Shown: in pieces, positions 7,799 through 16,639 of the stretch
How positions within the stretch are numbered: the stretch's first letter is position 1
Layout: every line of letters begins with the position of its first letter
Source: a phage
DNA length: 44,317 nucleotides
Direction: 5' to 3' (one strand)
Sequence record: PX907402.1
Position numbers and translations under genes: made by a program
The notes under the pieces: model-generated
The model's input: the letters and a program-made list of their open reading frames with translations, nothing else
What the model was told of the DNA's origin: nothing
Databases searched by the model: none

Positions 7799-9302
7799 TG
7801 TCCGCTACCTTGTCCGGGTCTTCTTCGGTAGATTCTACCGCATCCGGGGACATTTGAGGCAATGGATTCTGATTTCGCAATTCGTCTTCCACCTGCTCAA
7901 CGGTTTGCGAGTCATCAATGACGCCCTGGGCCATCATCCACTTGATAAAGTCCGCCAGACGGACCGTACCGGTCTGCACACCAGCCATCATTGCGGTCAT
8001 AAGCTGTGCGTCAACCGTGATTTCGGTGTAGAACTTATTCAGCGTTACGCGTTGATCTGCGGTGTCGCCCGTGAACAGCTTGACGATTTGCAGCGCACGG
8101 TTGAAAGCCTTCTCGACGTTACCGGCAATCAGTGACAGGATACTGTTATCAGTCTGCGCATCGTAGGCCGCTTCAGTTGCCGTCTTAGGTGCGGTCCCCT
8201 TCTCGACCAGGGCCGCGCCCAGTTTAGCCATTTGCAACTCGCGTCGCTCACACAGCGCAACCGACAGGTTTCTCTCCTCCGCCTGAAGCAGTTTAGCGTC
8301 CATGTTCTGGCCCAGGATAACGCCCTTAGTTGCCCCGAGCGCGATGCCACCCTTCAGGTTTTTATCCGCCCATGATTGGGTCAGACCGGTCGCAATGAGT
8401 GTAGGTTGGCCCACAATGTGCGCAATCTCGGCGACGTCTGCTTCGGCGTTGTAGTGCTTAATGTTGATGGATGCAATATCCGCCAGCGGTGCGGCGTCCG
8501 GCGTCGCGTTGTTGTCCACAGCACCACACCAGCAAAATGGCAGTTGAGTAAGCGCATTACCGGCGGCATCCACCAGCGGCACTAGGTCGGTGCGGGTGAA
8601 GCCACGCGGCAAGTCCATTTGCACTTCGGACGTGTCCGCGTTGTAAAACCAGCGGCGGGCGTGTGCCGCACCGTTAATCATGCGAAGCTCGGTCCAGATC
8701 GTAACTTCGTGGTTTGCGAAGTCGTCCGGGTCTTCGGTGCTGATTTCGTCCGTTTCCTTCAGCACAATTAGTGTGTCGACGCCGTGGGTCTGCCGCCAGT
8801 TGATGATCTGTTCTGCCGTGTACAGGCGGATAAGCGGGCGGTGTGACGCCATCTCGGCGGCGGTCTGCGGCACTACATTACCCCGTTCATCAAAATGCGC
8901 CTGGCGGTCATAGTCCACCATAAAGCCTGCGCGGCCCGATTGCAGCACTTCCGACATAGCGCCGCGCAGTAGTTGCGCCAGTGGCATCCCGCTGCCGTCT
9001 ACGTCATCAATCAGGTCAGCCATTGCCCCGGAAAGGTCCAGACTCACCGGTTTGGCGAAGGCCACGCCTAAAAGGGCATTCAGTGTGCGGGCGGTGGCGT
9101 TCAGGAAGACAGCACGTTGCTTGTACGCCTTATACCGCGCCCGTGCTTTCGGGTCAGTATTGTCGCCACTGGCGGGATGAGGCAGGTACAAGGGGCCGCA
9201 CGCCTTCACTGCGCGCTCCCCTGCTACGCAGTCACGGATCATTTTCCACTCTGGCGCTATGCGCGCATAGAGCGGGTGCTGGTTGTCAACGTTAACGGTC
9301 AT
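7782..9302 (-). CDS. Portal protein
   Basis: 506 aa ORF immediately downstream of large terminase; acidic C-terminus. Confidence 0.8.
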   Translation of the reverse strand: MTVNVDNQHPLYARIAPEWKMIRDCVAGERAVKACGPLYLPHPASGDNTDPKARARYKAYKQRAVFLNATARTLNALLGVAFAKPVSLDLSGAMADLIDDVDGSGMPLAQLLRGAMSEVLQSGRAGFMVDYDRQAHFDERGNVVPQTAAEMASHRPLIRLYTAEQIINWRQTHGVDTLIVLKETDEISTEDPDDFANHEVTIWTELRMINGAAHARRWFYNADTSEVQMDLPRGFTRTDLVPLVDAAGNALTQLPFCWCGAVDNNATPDAAPLADIASINIKHYNAEADVAEIAHIVGQPTLIATGLTQSWADKNLKGGIALGATKGVILGQNMDAKLLQAEERNLSVALCERRELQMAKLGAALVEKGTAPKTATEAAYDAQTDNSILSLIAGNVEKAFNRALQIVKLFTGDTADQRVTLNKFYTEITVDAQLMTAMMAGVQTGTVRLADFIKWMMAQGVIDDSQTVEQVEDELRNQNPLPQMSPDAVESTEEDPDKVADNGEDN

Positions 9303-9313
9303 GGTCGGTTTCC

Positions 9314-10699
9314 TTAGTAGAAATCTACGGTAGGAACAACGGCGATTGGACGAATCACAGGGAACAAGTGCGCAATAGGGTAGCCCGCGGCATCGTTCAT
9401 GTGGTCCACACCGGCGGTTTTATCCGGCTCGCCTTTCTTCAGGTCGTAAACCTGCTGTTCCAGACATTTCGCTAGTGTAGGGCATTTATCCAGGTTGACA
9501 AAATACTGGCGCACGCCCTTCGAGTTGCACATCATCGTATTCATCGCGATCAATCGGTCTTTCACAGGCGGGTTAACACTGCCATACTCCACCTCGAAGC
9601 CAGCGTCTTCCAGTTGTGCGATATCGGACGACGACGCGTTGACCGTCTTGCGTGATCTGCCGCTGCTATCAGGGTAAACGACAACACGACCGGCAGCACA
9701 ATGATCGGGGTAGCGCTCCTCGATCGCCTCAATCATAGCCGGGGTGTCAAACAGGTCCACAAATTCATCCACCGCGTGAATCTCGTCGCGGAACTCCTTG
9801 TTCTCGGTGACTCGCTGCCGTCTGACGTACACAACCGCCGCCATCTTCGTGACGTTAAAGTCCATACCGATAATCAGCGTGTCGTCCGGCTTCACTTCTT
9901 CGGTGCTGGCGTTCTCCTCGCGGTTGAACATCTTGTACACCGCGCCCGACGTAAGGTTAACAAACAGGCCGTTCAGGTACGCGTCGATCAGGTTAGCCGG
10001 GTACTGACTGCGCAGCGTGTCGATAAAGTCTGCCGGTAAATGGTGGTTGTCCGTGGTCTTCGCCCGGATCAGGCGCTTCTGGCTATCCTTCTCCACCTCG
10101 AAAATTTGGTACATCGCCCGGTAGCCTTCAGGCGTTGACACGATGACGAACTGGCGGACGAAGCCAGCACGCAGACGACCGAGCAATTTGTGATATGCCG
10201 CCAGCGCGACGTCTTGCTTCGTAGTGTCAAACTCGTCGGCAACAATCCACGCGGCGTTGATACCGATCAGGCGGGTATAGTTCTCCATTGACTCACAGAT
10301 AACGCGAGTCCATTTGCCTTTCACCAGCACGTTGTAAATCTTGTCCTGCTTATTGAACTTCCACCGGAAGCCAGCCTCGTCGAATGCCTTCTCCAGTTCC
10401 GGATACATGATTTTAACCAGGAGTGGAATAGTCGGTTCGGTCACGATGCCGTCATAACCAGGGTTAAGTGTCAGAAGCTGGATGACCTTACGTGCGGCAA
10501 CCCATGACTTGCCACCGCCGAAGCCGGAACACAGGCCGAGGATTTTAGTCTTCGTGTCGCGCAGTAGTTCAACCTGGTGCGGCAAGCAATCAGGCTGGTA
10601 AAGGCGGACGGCCTGCGCAACGCGTGTCGGGCGTGGTGGTCGGTTGCGCTTTGCGATCGTGCGCTCCAGTGCGCGGTGTTCTGCCGCATAGTTACGCAT
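9314..10699 (-). CDS. Terminase large subunit
   Basis: Walker A-like GFGGGKSW and Walker B-like IVADEFD; 461 aa; upstream of portal. Confidence 0.85.
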   Translation of the reverse strand: MRNYAAEHRALERTIAKRNRPPRPTRVAQAVRLYQPDCLPHQVELLRDTKTKILGLCSGFGGGKSWVAARKVIQLLTLNPGYDGIVTEPTIPLLVKIMYPELEKAFDEAGFRWKFNKQDKIYNVLVKGKWTRVICESMENYTRLIGINAAWIVADEFDTTKQDVALAAYHKLLGRLRAGFVRQFVIVSTPEGYRAMYQIFEVEKDSQKRLIRAKTTDNHHLPADFIDTLRSQYPANLIDAYLNGLFVNLTSGAVYKMFNREENASTEEVKPDDTLIIGMDFNVTKMAAVVYVRRQRVTENKEFRDEIHAVDEFVDLFDTPAMIEAIEERYPDHCAAGRVVVYPDSSGRSRKTVNASSSDIAQLEDAGFEVEYGSVNPPVKDRLIAMNTMMCNSKGVRQYFVNLDKCPTLAKCLEQQVYDLKKGEPDKTAGVDHMNDAAGYPIAHLFPVIRPIAVVPTVDFY

Positions 10700-11250
10700 T
10701 ATTCACCCTGGCCTTTGCCGGAAGGTTCGACAACTACGTCGCCGTTATCATCTTCGTCGTCATCCAGCGGTACATCGTCGCGGACGCCGTGGTTTGCTTT
10801 AAGCAGGAATGTGGCGAAGCCCGCAGCGATGGTTACGCCGCCAGCTTCCATCAGGAAAGTTTTCTGCAGTTCCATAGCGTCAGCCATCGCCTCGGCGAAC
10901 TCCTCATGCGCACGCGCCCAGCGATACAGGCAAGCTACGCCCACGCCGATTTCAGCGGCAAATCTGCCGAAGGTTGGCATTTTGTTGCGGGGGATTACTT
11001 GCGCAGCGCCTTTATCGGAGTAGTTGACCTGCCAGGCGTCGGCGTCGGCAAAATAGCGGCGAAGCTGGTCGCAGTAGACGGATCGGTAGTCAGTAGGTCG
11101 CCCACATTTGCCGCCTTTACGGCGCTTTCCGTACTCGATTTCAGGTCCTAGATTGGTATGTTCTGTTTGCTCGCCTGGTTTACGGCGCGGGGTTACTGCC
11201 ACTCGTCCGTCCAGTTTGGCGCGTCGGCCCTTAACTTTGATTTCTGCCAT
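10699..11250 (-). CDS. Terminase small subunit (putative)
   Basis: Basic N-terminus, acidic C-terminus, stop overlaps TerL start; start chosen at ATG 11250. Confidence 0.5.
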   Translation of the reverse strand: MAEIKVKGRRAKLDGRVAVTPRRKPGEQTEHTNLGPEIEYGKRRKGGKCGRPTDYRSVYCDQLRRYFADADAWQVNYSDKGAAQVIPRNKMPTFGRFAAEIGVGVACLYRWARAHEEFAEAMADAMELQKTFLMEAGGVTIAAGFATFLLKANHGVRDDVPLDDDEDDNGDVVVEPSGKGQGE

Positions 11251-11367
11251 GATATAAGCCCTTTTGTTCATATGCGCCGACCATCGGCGACATAGGAGAC
11301 GGCCCTGCCATCTAATGGGGATTATAACAGGCACAAAAAAGCCCACCAAATCGGCAGGCTGGGAGGC

Positions 11368-11580
11368 TTAAACGGCGCGCCCGTAGTATCGGGTTAACAT
11401 GCTTTGTACTTCGCTTATCGCGCCTTCTGTGTAGCGTATTTGCGACAGTATTTCGATCCTCTCATCCATCGACATTCCGACTGCCGCTGCCGTTCGTTCG
11501 AATCGGCGCAAGCCTTCGAGTTGTTTGCGTAGTTCTTTCAGGCGGGTGGCCTGCGTGCTCATGAATACTTGTCTGATCAT
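11368..11580 (-). CDS. Hypothetical protein
   Basis: 70 aa ORF, ATGA overlap with upstream gene. Confidence 0.4.
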   Translation of the reverse strand: MIRQVFMSTQATRLKELRKQLEGLRRFERTAAAVGMSMDERIEILSQIRYTEGAISEVQSMLTRYYGRAV

Positions 11581-12719
11581 TTCAACATTTCCGGGCTAAT
11601 GGTTAAGCGCGCTACTTCGCCGTAGTTGGCGCTGTAGGTAATGACGTTGGCACTGCGACCTGACATCCAACCGCCACGACTGGCGTAGGCGTCTTTCGCC
11701 GCGAGCGTCCGGTGCTGTTCAACAATCATGTTGCGAGACTCGACAATCTTCTGGTGGTGCAAGTGGCCTACGTGCGCGTAGCTGTATTCGCTAGACCCGA
11801 ACGCCTGTCTGAATTTAGCGATCATAACCTGCTCGATAGCATCGAATCGCGCTTTGTGCCCGTGGTGGAAGAATAGCGTGGTCTTTCCGTGCTGCACCAT
11901 TTTGTAAACGTCCGGGGACGTATCCACATCGACGCGCGGCTCGTTCTCATACAGGGTATTGAACATCTCAGCAAGCCAAATCATACCCGATTCGTCATGA
12001 TTACCCTGGACGATTAGCAGTTTGACTTTGTGGTGTTTTTGCAACGCCAAGTCTACCACGTTGCGCACCATGCGAATCATATAGCGGACCAACTTCTGGT
12101 ATCGTGTGTCGGCGTCCAGTACGTGACCGCTTGCTGGTGTGACGGCATCAAGGCTATCAAAGTGCGCCATATCGCCGAGGATATTGATCACGGCAGTGCC
12201 TGCGTCTGGAGCGCGTGCGAAGGCTTCGACAAACCAGCGGTAGAACAGGTCTTCGGCGATCGCCATATCCCAGTCTTCGCCAGTCTCCTCCCCCCATGCC
12301 AGCATACCCAGGTGGAAGTCGGACACCGTGTACAGGTTGAGCAAGTCGAGCGCCTGGATCGGTACTGGCGGGGCGCTTACCGGTGCTGCCGGTGTGATTT
12401 CGCTGTTCAAACCCTCGACAACAGCGCGCATAGCTTCGAGTTGGCGCTCCTTGTCCTGCTCAGTGATAACCCACGACATGACCTCTTCGCCATTGCCGCG
12501 CACCAGGGCCGATACGCGCTTAACCCCAAAGCCATCGGCAACGCGCTTGCGGATTACGGCATCGTTGCCGTGTCCAATGCCTTTTTTCGATAGGCGGGCT
12601 TTCCGCATATAAACATTGCGTAGGGCAATCCCGTATTTCTTCGCAATATCTTTAACCGTAGTCCCTGCCTGAATTTCTGCGATCAATTGCTCATCGGTAA
12701 TTTTAGTTTGCGGGTGCAT
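11577..12719 (-). CDS. Calcineurin-like metallophosphoesterase with N-terminal HTH domain
   Basis: Motifs DFHLG, GDMAHF, GNHD, GHLHH typical of the metallophosphatase fold; N-terminal TVKDIAKKYGIALRNVYMRKARL HTH-like. Confidence 0.65.
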   Translation of the reverse strand: MHPQTKITDEQLIAEIQAGTTVKDIAKKYGIALRNVYMRKARLSKKGIGHGNDAVIRKRVADGFGVKRVSALVRGNGEEVMSWVITEQDKERQLEAMRAVVEGLNSEITPAAPVSAPPVPIQALDLLNLYTVSDFHLGMLAWGEETGEDWDMAIAEDLFYRWFVEAFARAPDAGTAVINILGDMAHFDSLDAVTPASGHVLDADTRYQKLVRYMIRMVRNVVDLALQKHHKVKLLIVQGNHDESGMIWLAEMFNTLYENEPRVDVDTSPDVYKMVQHGKTTLFFHHGHKARFDAIEQVMIAKFRQAFGSSEYSYAHVGHLHHQKIVESRNMIVEQHRTLAAKDAYASRGGWMSGRSANVITYSANYGEVARLTISPEMLK

Positions 12720-12784
12720 GTTTAATTAATTCCTGATTAGTGGACCGTGGACAATATATCACGGGACTTATCGAGGCGGGCAAT

Positions 12785-12808
12785 AAAAAGCCCGGTATTA
12801 TCCGGGCT
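12785..12808 (-). terminator. Intrinsic terminator after lysis cassette
   Basis: gcccgg-tattatc-ccgggc hairpin followed by T-run on minus strand. Confidence 0.5.
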
Positions 12809-12815
12809 TGATTGT

Positions 12816-12983
12816 TTACGCTGCGGGACCAGATTCCTCCTGCGGTGGCGGGCTAGGCAGCTTCGCGTCAAAGACGCCTGCATGGCTGATAGTGTCCGCG
12901 ATGATAGCGCGTGCGCCAGGGTCTTCGGTTTTAGCCAGCGCTGCGAGCGCATCAGCGTTATGATCAAGAATGCTTTTTAACAT
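12816..12983 (-). CDS. Small hypothetical protein (55 aa), below ORF-track cutoff
   Basis: ATG at 12983 after gaggaa RBS, stop at 12816 followed by terminator. Confidence 0.35.
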   Translation of the reverse strand: MLKSILDHNADALAALAKTEDPGARAIIADTISHAGVFDAKLPSPPPQEESGPAA

Positions 12984-12998
12984 ACTGTGTTCCTCGTA

Positions 12999-13490
12999 TT
13001 ATGCTGCGTTACGCCCGATTTTCTCGGCAACGTCCCACTGCTTACCATCAAACAACGCCTGTCTGCCGATTGCACGGCGCACCAGACCCTTAAGCACTTC
13101 GCCACCTTGCTTGCGGAACTGCGGCAGAGTAGCACGGACCTTCGCCCAGTCGCCCAGGCGGACCGCGTCATCGAAATCATTCGCGACGTCATCCGGTACG
13201 ATCGGACCCGGACCGGCGTTGATTACCAGGTCCACCAGCGCGTCGAATTGCGCCTGGTTAATGCTCGGATGTGCGTATTTGTTCACCCAGTCCTCAGCAT
13301 ACGCCACATCGCGCTTGAGCAGTTCCAGCGCTTCAGCACGGGTAATGCTTCGAGGCGGGTTAGTTCCGGTGTGACCATAGCCCCAGGTGTACAGGCCGCG
13401 GGCCTGCTCTTTCTTGGTCGCGAAATACGGCACCGGGCTGAAAGCCTCCCATGCTGCCGTAAATCGTAGACCGTTATCACTGAATCGCAT
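12999..13490 (-). CDS. Endolysin, lysozyme (GH24-like)
   Basis: N-terminal EAFSPVPYFATKKEQARGLYTWGYGHTG matches phage lysozyme catalytic region; adjacent to holin genes. Confidence 0.8.
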   Translation of the reverse strand: MRFSDNGLRFTAAWEAFSPVPYFATKKEQARGLYTWGYGHTGTNPPRSITRAEALELLKRDVAYAEDWVNKYAHPSINQAQFDALVDLVINAGPGPIVPDDVANDFDDAVRLGDWAKVRATLPQFRKQGGEVLKGLVRRAIGRQALFDGKQWDVAEKIGRNAA

Positions 13491-13722
13491 GTTTTACCCC
13501 ATTCAAAACAGCATTACGCAGGGTGCGCAATGCAAACAGCCAGATTAACGCGGTCCAGGTGGCATCAGAGACGTCTCCAGTTTGCAACAGCCCGATAATA
13601 CAGATCATTGCCGTTAGCAGATATAACACCCGACCGAAGAAGCCATCCTGAACGGACGGCGCATACACGTTAAACAGGGACGAAGCCCCTATGATAACAA
13701 ACAACAGGACGGAGATAATCAT
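13477..13722 (-). CDS. Holin or antiholin (81 aa membrane protein)
   Basis: ATG 13722 after aggggg RBS, two to three hydrophobic segments, overlaps endolysin start. Confidence 0.5.
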   Translation of the reverse strand: MIISVLLFVIIGASSLFNVYAPSVQDGFFGRVLYLLTAMICIIGLLQTGDVSDATWTALIWLFALRTLRNAVLNGVKHAIQ

Positions 13723-14009
13723 TTTGCACCCCCTGGAAGTCGGAACGACGCAATAGTCTCCCGGATCCGGTCCGCTATTGGCATCCAGAAGATGGCAGTT
13801 GCGAAGCCCAAACCGGCGACAGTGCGCTCGCCAGACAAACCAGACCACTCGGCAATAGCTGGCGCACCAAATATGGCACACAGGAAGCCAACTACGACAT
13901 ATAAAACGAAGTTCAACGGCCCTTTCGTTGCCTCGCCATGAATGCGTGCGCCTACGAAGCCACCAGCAAGACACGCAAGGGCGAATAACCACTCGTTTAG
14001 CTTATCCAT
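13719..14009 (-). CDS. Holin-like membrane protein (96 aa, about three TM segments)
   Basis: Hydrophobic segments; ATGA overlap with downstream holin gene. Confidence 0.5.
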   Translation of the reverse strand: MDKLNEWLFALACLAGGFVGARIHGEATKGPLNFVLYVVVGFLCAIFGAPAIAEWSGLSGERTVAGLGFATAIFWMPIADRIRETIASFRLPGGAK

Positions 14010-14043
14010 AAAAAAGTCCCAGTAAGTTTTAGCTCACTGGGAC
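14010..14043 (-). terminator. Intrinsic terminator immediately upstream of lysis cassette
   Basis: gtcccagt-12 nt loop-actgggac hairpin followed by T6 on minus strand. Confidence 0.4.
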
Positions 14044-14061
14044 TATATCACGCTTGCATAA

Positions 14062-14361
14062 TTAATCGAAAATGGACCACTTGCCGACGCCTTTCCACTC
14101 CCATCCACTAGACCGGACGGCTTCGAATGTGCGCCCGCCTATCATATCCCGATACCACAGCCACCACATGCGCAACATGGTCGGGTGCTCCGTGATTCCA
14201 CGGCGCTTGTATATCTGGAATGTCATCCGGGTAATGCTGGCAGCTTCCACCGCAGGCCATACCAGGAATACCCATATTGCGCCCAGCACTCCCGTAACCA
14301 GGCATAACATGCTGGCCATACCAAACCAATAAATCACATCATGAATCATAATCTGCTCCAT
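14062..14361 (-). CDS. Hypothetical membrane protein
   Basis: 99 aa ORF with hydrophobic N-terminal segment. Confidence 0.4.
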   Translation of the reverse strand: MEQIMIHDVIYWFGMASMLCLVTGVLGAIWVFLVWPAVEAASITRMTFQIYKRRGITEHPTMLRMWWLWYRDMIGGRTFEAVRSSGWEWKGVGKWSIFD

Positions 14362-14425
14362 AGGTATTTAACCAGACTAATAACCGACGCCAACAGCACC
14401 AGGGCCGCCAGACTACCGCAACATA

Positions 14426-14572
14426 CTACCCAGAAGACGTATAGCATCGAATTGCCCCTTCCGGTTTGCCAATATGGCGCGCCCATGCACGCGCCACGAA
14501 GTAATTGCGAAATACCCGACCGCCTATCTCAAAGCGGTTGTGTTGAAGCATATCACGGATCGTCGCACTCAT
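14426..14572 (-). CDS. Small hypothetical ORF (48 aa)
   Basis: ATGA overlap with stop of upstream gene; weak. Confidence 0.2.
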   Translation of the reverse strand: MSATIRDMLQHNRFEIGGRVFRNYFVARAWARHIGKPEGAIRCYTSSG

Positions 14573-15201
14573 TTCAGAATCACCGAGCGCGGGTCGATGG
14601 CCTTCATGCTGCCGTCACGTTCGACCCGGATGAATCCAACGCCGTATTCCTGCGCATGGCGCTGTGCATTCGTCACGGCATCAAAGCGATTGACTGTCTC
14701 TCGCGTGGCCTGGCGGATCGGCTCCATCACTTTGCTCGCGTCGTAGGAGGCATACGCGGGCTGCGACTTGCGGAACTCGACGCGCGTCTTCTGTGCAACC
14801 TCACGCGTTACGCGGTTAACGGCGTCCGCTATGGCGTTCGCTTGCTCATGCGGCTGGCGGCCACGGAGGCTGTATTTGCGCCCAACTCGTTCAAAGTGGA
14901 TTAGCCCAAAGTACGTCATTCCCCTAATCATGTTGCCCGATACGCCACCCTTTCGGGTCTTCATACGCAAGGCGTGCTGTCCGACATACTCCACGACCCA
15001 CAATTGCCCGTCGCGAATGTCACGCAGCACATCGCCGCGCTCAATATCGTGTGTGAGTACGTCGAAGTTTTCCGGCAGCTTGTCTTTCTTCGCCCACCAC
15101 ACCCTATTGCCTGCCGCGTTTTGTAAGCGGACGTAGGAATCCAGGGTCTGGATCGGCTTCAGGATGCGGCCATCGTGCTTACGGCGGAATAGTAATTTCA
15201 T
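14569..15201 (-). CDS. Hypothetical protein
   Basis: 210 aa ORF, ATGA overlap with upstream small ORF. Confidence 0.5.
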   Translation of the reverse strand: MKLLFRRKHDGRILKPIQTLDSYVRLQNAAGNRVWWAKKDKLPENFDVLTHDIERGDVLRDIRDGQLWVVEYVGQHALRMKTRKGGVSGNMIRGMTYFGLIHFERVGRKYSLRGRQPHEQANAIADAVNRVTREVAQKTRVEFRKSQPAYASYDASKVMEPIRQATRETVNRFDAVTNAQRHAQEYGVGFIRVERDGSMKAIDPRSVILK

Positions 15202-15350
15202 TGTTCTGTCTCCTCGATCTCGTAAACAGTTTTCGTATCACCATCGCACACCGTAGCGATGCCGTCCATTTCATAGTCCGCTATGCAAGATAACAGGTCT
15301 ACTAATTGCTGCGAATACCCTGCCATTAGCGTTATTTGCATTGGCGTCAT
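15198..15350 (-). CDS. Small hypothetical protein (50 aa)
   Basis: ATG overlaps stop of upstream gene and its stop overlaps ATG of downstream gene (translational coupling pattern); RBS ggagactgagc. Confidence 0.35.
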   Translation of the reverse strand: MTPMQITLMAGYSQQLVDLLSCIADYEMDGIATVCDGDTKTVYEIEETEQ

Positions 15351-15616
15351 TTGCTCAGTCTCCAGTGTTTGCCTACCCGCTCAACGGCGGGCTTCCGGCG
15401 TAATGTAATACGGATCCCCATTGGTTGCAAGGACGTCCGCACCCTGAAATCGTGTTGTGCCGCGAACTGGTGCAAGTAGCGGGTCTGCGTCAGTGGCTTC
15501 ACGTCATCGCGATAGCACCAGAATACAGAATCGCCCTCAACCGCATTCTCAGCCCATATTCGTATGCAATGCAGTGGAATATGCCACGAAAGCTGTTTCG
15601 CTCGTCTGCGGCTCAT
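15347..15616 (-). CDS. Hypothetical protein
   Basis: 89 aa ORF in early minus-strand cluster. Confidence 0.45.
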   Translation of the reverse strand: MSRRRAKQLSWHIPLHCIRIWAENAVEGDSVFWCYRDDVKPLTQTRYLHQFAAQHDFRVRTSLQPMGIRITLRRKPAVERVGKHWRLSK

Positions 15617-15625
15617 TTTGGCCCC

Positions 15626-15931
15626 TTATTTCGCAAGCTGGGCGAATAGTTCGCGCTGGGCTTTAATCCGGGCAACGTTTGTCACTGCCGTCTCGCCGAT
15701 CCCGAAGCGATACGCCAGGCGTTCACGGGCAAATGCCATCGCATATTCGCAGATTGCCACGCGCAGCGGTTCCAGTTCGTCCAGGCTGGCAAACATATCG
15801 TCGAACGCGTTCATGATTCCCTGCTGGGCCAGGATGACAACCTGGCGCGCGTCGTCTGCGTTGCCGTTTGTGTGTTTTGCTTCGTACAGCTTCGCCACAG
15901 CCATTGTGTAATTCCAGATAATCGCTTTCAT
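15626..15931 (-). CDS. Hypothetical protein
   Basis: 101 aa ORF, ATGA overlap with upstream small gene. Confidence 0.5.
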   Translation of the reverse strand: MKAIIWNYTMAVAKLYEAKHTNGNADDARQVVILAQQGIMNAFDDMFASLDELEPLRVAICEYAMAFARERLAYRFGIGETAVTNVARIKAQRELFAQLAK

Positions 15932-16107
15932 AGTTCCGTAACCCTCTCAACCAGTTTATACCCTAAACGATAGCTGTCGCCCCAAAGTAGCAGGCCCATA
16001 AATTCATCGATGCTAAACGCTCGCTTGCACACAGTGCGAAGCGCCCCGTTGTGGACTACCGTATCGCCGATCTTGATTTCGCGCTTATTAACCATTTCGG
16101 TTTTCAT
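15928..16107 (-). CDS. Small hypothetical protein (59 aa), first gene of minus-strand unit
   Basis: ATG 16107 after aggaggg RBS, ~20 nt downstream of candidate promoter. Confidence 0.45.
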   Translation of the reverse strand: MKTEMVNKREIKIGDTVVHNGALRTVCKRAFSIDEFMGLLLWGDSYRLGYKLVERVTEL

Positions 16108-16134
16108 GTTCCGCCCTCCTGTTGGTGCGCAACC

Positions 16135-16168
16135 AATATATCAAGGTGCCGGGGTGAATGCAACCAAT
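16135..16168 (-). promoter_or_regulatory. Candidate sigma70-like promoter with ATTGGTTGCAT motif
   Basis: Minus strand TTGCAT (16158-16163), 17 bp spacer, TATATT (16135-16140), then ggttgcgc. Confidence 0.45.
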
Positions 16169-16322
16169 ATTAATCACGCGCATGAAAAAGTTGATCGCTA
16201 TCTGCTGTAACTGCAAACCGCATTTTTCACTTCACATAACACAACTCGCATTGGTTGCCTAGTTCATCAACGACCGCGATTCACATCATGCTGCCGTACA
16301 TTATGCAATCCCGGATTTTATG

Positions 16323-16374
16323 CAGTCTCAGACGAGGGGGGCCACTGACCCCCGTCTAGTCTGAAAGACTGGGG
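16323..16374. repeat. Composite element copy B: conserved GC-rich hairpin
   Basis: 51 of 52 nt identical to 44248-44299; imperfect stem gacgaggggg/cccccgtc plus agtct-gaa-agact. Confidence 0.7.
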
Positions 16375-16375
16375 T

Positions 16376-16500
16376 TTGTCCCGCCTGTCCCGCTCCTCGC
16401 CAGGCCGCGTCATCCGGGGCGGGACAGGGGTGCTGTCCCGCTTTGTCCCGCTCCTTGTTTGTCCCGCTTTTTGTCCCGTTTGTTTTATGCAGTTTTATTG
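16376..16500. repeat. Composite element copy B: GTCCCGC iteron array followed by AT-rich tract
   Basis: At least six TGTCCCGC-like repeats at 10-16 bp spacing plus one inverted GCGGGACA; then ttttatgcagttttattgcataac. Confidence 0.65.
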
Positions 16501-16527
16501 CATAACTATTCATAATAATCACGCCAC

Positions 16528-16635
16528 ACGGCAACCAATGCGACCAGATAAAAACACTCAAAATGGCAACCAATGCGCGCACAAATTAATCGTTTAGCGA
16601 TATGTGGATTCCCATATCGGCAACCAATGCGCGCA
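16528..16635. repeat. Three direct repeats GGCAACCAATGCG(C/A) at about 52 bp spacing
   Basis: Direct reading between primase stop and iteron array. Confidence 0.55.
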
Positions 16636-16639
16636 GAAT

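Noticed and set aside
16376-16478. GTCCCGC repeat array considered as a CRISPR array
   Set aside because: Repeats are only 7-8 bp with irregular 10-16 bp spacing and mixed orientation; no spacers of uniform length and no cas genes.
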